Of a DNA stretch of 64,000 nt, positions 59,451 to 64,000 are shown in pieces. Source of the DNA: Hemiscyllium ocellatum. Taxonomy: Eukaryota. The notes below the pieces were generated by a model that was given only the letters and a program-made list of their open reading frames with translations, did not search any database and was not told the DNA's origin. Where the stretch lies: positions 33,417,231 to 33,481,230 of the forward strand of contig NC_083435.1 of assembly GCF_020745735.1 (NCBI RefSeq), read 5' to 3'. Both the position numbers and the translations under genes were made by a program. The first letter of the stretch is position 1. Each line of letters opens with the position of its first letter.

Positions 59451-61379
59451 TGGACAAGCTTCCGTTTCAGATGACTCTGTTAGGGATGAGGAGAACTTCT
59501 GAAAGGGCCTGTTGAGTGGGAATTATTTTGCCCTGACGATTGTGGTGCCTCCTTGTTTGCATTTATTCAAACTGAGTTAGTGAAATATTTTACAGAGAAT
59601 TGAGTCACGGATAATAGGGAGAGACAGGGAAGTGAGGCTGGGACCACTACCTGACCATCCACAATCTTAGCACCTGCTGGAAAACCCACAAAGTGTCTAA
59701 TGTCCCATTCCTGCTCCTCAATCCTATATTTCTATATTCAATTTAGAAGCTCAAATTTCCTAGACAGGAGCATTTGTAGCCAAATACTGCACTACTCTGG
59801 TGCACAGGAACAGAGGAGACCATTCAGTGATCTTTCAGTGATCTAGGTCCCCTACTTCGCTGGAAAAGAGAATGCCTGACATTTGCTACTCTCCGTTTGA
59901 AAAAAAACAATCCCTGCTCCTACACCATGACCTATTGATATGAGTGATGGAGGTGAACACAAGGGCTTAGTTAAGTGCGACTCGCCCTGAGACCAAGGCA
60001 GTATTTAACTGAGGATGACATCAAGTGCAATATTGCACTTAATGAGAATCAGTTGCAAACTCTCCAGTATTTGGAGTAATTTATATCACAATGGTAGAAG
60101 TTTATCATCAATGGGCATCAATCATCTCAGCCGTGGGTCATTACTGTAGCAGATCTTCAGGGTAGCTTCCTCCAATCAGGGACTTCCAGCTTGGCATCGG
60201 GGAATCACTGCAGTGTCAAAGCAGGCCATTCAGCCCATTGATTCCACAGCGATAAGAAGTACAATGATTTTCTGTAAGTAAGATAATGTTCAGAACCATT
60301 TGTCAACCCCCACTACTGAAGCATTCTGTGTCCATGTGCAACAAGATCTGGCCAACATTCAAGCTTGTGCTGTTAAATGTGTCGATACTATTCACGTAAC
60401 AGTTCTGCTGGACACAGTGTATTTCCGCAGTAAAGGGAGGAGCTCGTTCAGCACATCAATCTGGTTTCATAGGAATATGGGTAAGTCATTCAGCCCATCA
60501 ATGCTACTGGTCAAGAAGAGCGATGGCCTATGCCGTCTCTCCTGCATCTCACACAGGAAGTCAAGGGGTCTGCTCAACCCCATGCACCCGGGATCAGGAA
60601 CAAATCATTTAATACCTGGAGCCACTTACAAATGAAGCAGACCTGCGACTTCTCAAATAACGAACAAAGAAACAGGAAGAAGCACCAATATCACAAACAA
60701 ATGAAGCAGGAACTGCCAAGTTAGCTTGCTCCACGTAGTTCGTTGTGACTTCATTGTTCATACTAGAAGTGTTATTTTAACATGGTTTGGTAGGAAGCTT
60801 TTTTAAAAAACAGTCTCAAATGCATCTTCGATCTCATAGAGAGTAGATAGAAGATTGAAGTAGGTGGAGTATCTCTAACTGTTTCAGAATAAAGGTATTG
60901 TGGCAGCAGACAGGATTATTAACAATGTAACTTTCCATGGAAGGTCACACTCTCACTGCACATTAAAGTGTTCAGCGTTCAATTCAAGCCTGTACCTCTC
61001 TGTCAATCGACATGAAGTCTCTGCACAGCTACATAAAGTATCAGGAATCGAGCATCCTATGGAAAGTATGGAATATCTCACCTTAACAATAGCTGCTTGG
61101 GGCATAATGAGTGTTCGTGCATAACCATTAAGTTTCAACTTCTCCTGCTCTTACTGCACTACTTATTAAACACATTGTTTTTTCACACTCTTCCCATGGC
61201 ACTATCATGCCAGAGTTTCATCTGGTGTAAAACCTTTGCATTGTGTCAGTCACAAGGATATTATTACTTCAAAAGCAGACCAAATCTCTACACAATACCA
61301 CAAATACTGTCTCAACAAGGCGCTGCCATTGAATAAGATATATTTACTCTGATATTTTAATAATTTTGCATGAAGCAGA

Positions 61380-62150
61380 ACATATCATTTACAGTTTTAA
61401 TTACTTATTGCCCTGTCTGAATTCTGACAGTGACGTATTACCAAAAATATCCAGGTCCTTTTCAGCATCAGCCCTTCCCAACTTCTCACCATTGAAAAAC
61501 CATACATGTAAATGATGGTATTTGCTGTTCATAACTGAATCATTTTATACCTTGCAAACGGCTGATTCGGTACATTCCACCTGTAGTTACTCATGGACTC
61601 TAACTTGATCCACTCACCTGTATTCAACTATGCCAAACATCTTCTGAAAATTCAAATACTCCACTCGCACTGGTTCTCAACTGACGAAGCCACAATGGAA
61701 AACCTCCTCAACGTTCAGCAGATTTATCAAATATCTTTCCCCTTTCTTGAACCTAGGCCGACTCTGCCAAATTATATCATTATTATCCAAGTGTCTAGTT
61801 GTCACATTCCTTATAAAAGGTTCCAATGTTTTTCTCACAGCTGACATCAAGCTATCCACTATTTAGTTTTCTGTTTCACTCTCCATCCTATTCTAAGTAT
61901 TTAGGTTCACTAGAGCTGCTTTCCAGTCTGCAAGATCCTTTTCCAGAATCTAACCACCTTTGAAGAATAATCAGTAATTCTTGCACCAGCTCTATTGCCA
62001 CTTCCTCGATACTCTGGGAGATAGCAACTTTCCAAGCTTCAATTCAATTCGATTTTAAAAAGCATACTCTTCATTAATTCTAATTACCTGCAGTTCCTCA
62101 TTTTCACCAGTCACTACGATCCCTTGTATTTCTAAACTTTGTTTCTGTAC
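61380..62150 (-). mobile_element. Degenerate CR1 RT fragment
   Basis: Minus frame KTLEPFIRNVTTRHLDNNDIIWQSRPRFKKGERYLINLL resembles CR1 RT. Confidence 0.65.
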
Positions 62151-63032
62151 CTGCCCTGAGAGATGGAACCAATGCATTCCTCTAAGCGGGCAGATGGTGT
62201 CTGTCAGCTAATGAATACATTAGAAAAATGCACTTCAGAGATAGTGGAAATGTTACCGACTCCTGCCTGGAACGTCCCAGAGTCAATTCAGTTCGCTTCA
62301 TGGTGAGTTTCAGCACAGTCCTGTCCCTGGTGTGAGGCGAGAGGTTATATTGAAGAAGACACAGCTCAGTGACCACCTCATTTTTGAAACGAGCTGGTTT
62401 CATACTTTACACCTGGAATTAGACAAATGTTTCTGGAAATCCTACTGACGTGGCAGTGATCTGGTTCTTCCTGTTTATAGAGCTTCCCTTCTGTGTAGTC
62501 TCTGCTCCATTTGCTTACACTGAACCCAAGCACTGTGTAAAGGCAATGATCAGAGTGGGGTCACCAGATTCTCGGTTCTCCCTGAATGAATGCAACAGTT
62601 GACAATACAAACGACAGTAAAGAGTCCAGAGAATCTCCACTGACTTTCCAATGACAGGAGCATGTCAAATCTCCACACACTGGTGCATGCACTTAGTGTT
62701 GAAAATACTTCACTCTCCTCAGTTTCTCTCCCTGGCTGAAAAAGAAGTTGCACCTCGGCACAGTCCCACAGTAACCATTCCTCTCTCCAAAGAAGCAGTT
62801 GAAAATGTGACATCACCTTTCTCTGTATCATAGCAGCGATAACAGCAGCACCAGTATTGCCACTGGAATTGATCGCCACACTCAGAGAACAGAGTCAGCA
62901 CGAACATGACTTACTTTAAACTGAGACATCCTTAAATGAACAGAATATTCAGAATATTGTAAAAGTGGAAATGTTAGAATAGCTTCCCATTCTATTTTCC
63001 TTCCAGTTAATTATCAGTAATCCCTTTGCTTC

Positions 63033-63037
<5 letters not shown>

Positions 63038-63081
<44 letters not shown>

Positions 63082-63095
63082 GTCTCTCTCTCTCT
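63038..63095. repeat. (CT)n microsatellite
   Basis: Direct reading. Confidence 0.95.
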
Positions 63096-64000
63096 TTCAC
63101 TGGACAATTTCACAGTTAGTTTCAGTTTTGATACAGGCTCATTGGTTTGCAAAAAATTCTGTGTTTCTCCCAATACAAACTCCAGTACCTGCTGTGATTC
63201 TACAACACTTTCAGGCACTGGAAAATTTTATTTCTGATCTTCATTGTCGACAATTTCTTGCTTTATTTCACCTTTAATGTTGGTGTTTCACTGGCAAGGA
63301 CAGCATTTGTTGTCAATCACTACATGCCCTTGACTGCGAGACCATTTGTCAAGTCAATATGGAGCCAATCAAATTGTTATTGATCTGAAGTCACAATTAG
63401 CCTAGACTGGGCAATAATGTTAAGTTTCTTTACTAATGGTTATCAGTAAAATAATAAAATAAATATTGATGGTTTATTGTTGTCATGAGTGAAATTGGAT
63501 TTCTTTCCAATATCTGTCGTTCGAATTTACATTCTGTGACCAGCTGTGGTAGAATTTTAAACAATGCCTTGAGAGTCATATCCTGTCCTCTGAATTACAC
63601 ACCCAGTGACATTATTACTCTCATACGGAGTCCTTGTTGTGACATAACCGTAGAGACAAGTACAAGTTTATGATCAAAATATTTTTAACGCGGAAAAGTG
63701 CTGAGAAAAGAACTGAAGCCGTAACATCTGAAGTTAACAAAGGGGTAGATGTCAGCTCATTCAACAACAGCACTGAGGTGGAGGCTGGAGATATTACGGA
63801 GGTAGATGAAGGCAGGTTTGATGACAGAGTGAACACGGAGACATAAAACAGTTCAGGGTAAAAGGGAGACTCAATGTTCTGAACAGCCTCGTTCCATCTT
63901 AGATGTTTATGAGTAAGGAGTCTGAAATTCGTGGAAATGAAGTGAGTTTGTGACCGAAACTGAAGATAACATTTAATGTATTTTCGAAATATAAATAACT

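Noticed and set aside
62828-62880. Minus-strand hydrophobic peptide WRSIPVAILVLLLSLL* (signal or GPI-like)
   Set aside because: No ATG or strong acceptor, immediate stop, and CTG-rich sequence gives such peptides easily.

Overview
Eukaryotic, repeat-dense DNA from a cartilaginous fish, probably a shark (inferred from HE1 SINEs, shark-type CR1 and Penelope ends, and GPR139-like receptors). The left half is an old inverted segmental duplication (about 1-9.1 kb versus 20-34.4 kb). Each arm carries a 26-bp minisatellite, exon 2 of a GPR139/GPR142-like class A GPCR, a 3' UTR and a multi-kb GA/CT low-complexity tract. The + copy is a pseudogene; the - copy has an intact exon 2, but I could not identify its exon 1. 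The rest is a mosaic of CR1, L2, Rex1/Babar, HE1 and other SINE relics, several unrelated minisatellites, and Penelope retroelement ends carrying minimal hammerhead ribozyme motifs, one apparently intact at 1422-1503. The most striking element is a decayed, full-length Tx1-clade LINE (51501-57600, perfect 19-bp TSD) that begins with 24 nt of U2 snRNA but sits in a CR1 rather than a U2 gene. It looks like an off-target copy of a U2-targeting (Keno-like) element, and a second Tx1 family is nested inside it. A few exon-like segments at 47.7-64 kb hint at an unidentified gene but are low confidence. Relic boundaries are approximate and all family calls are by eye, without database searches.
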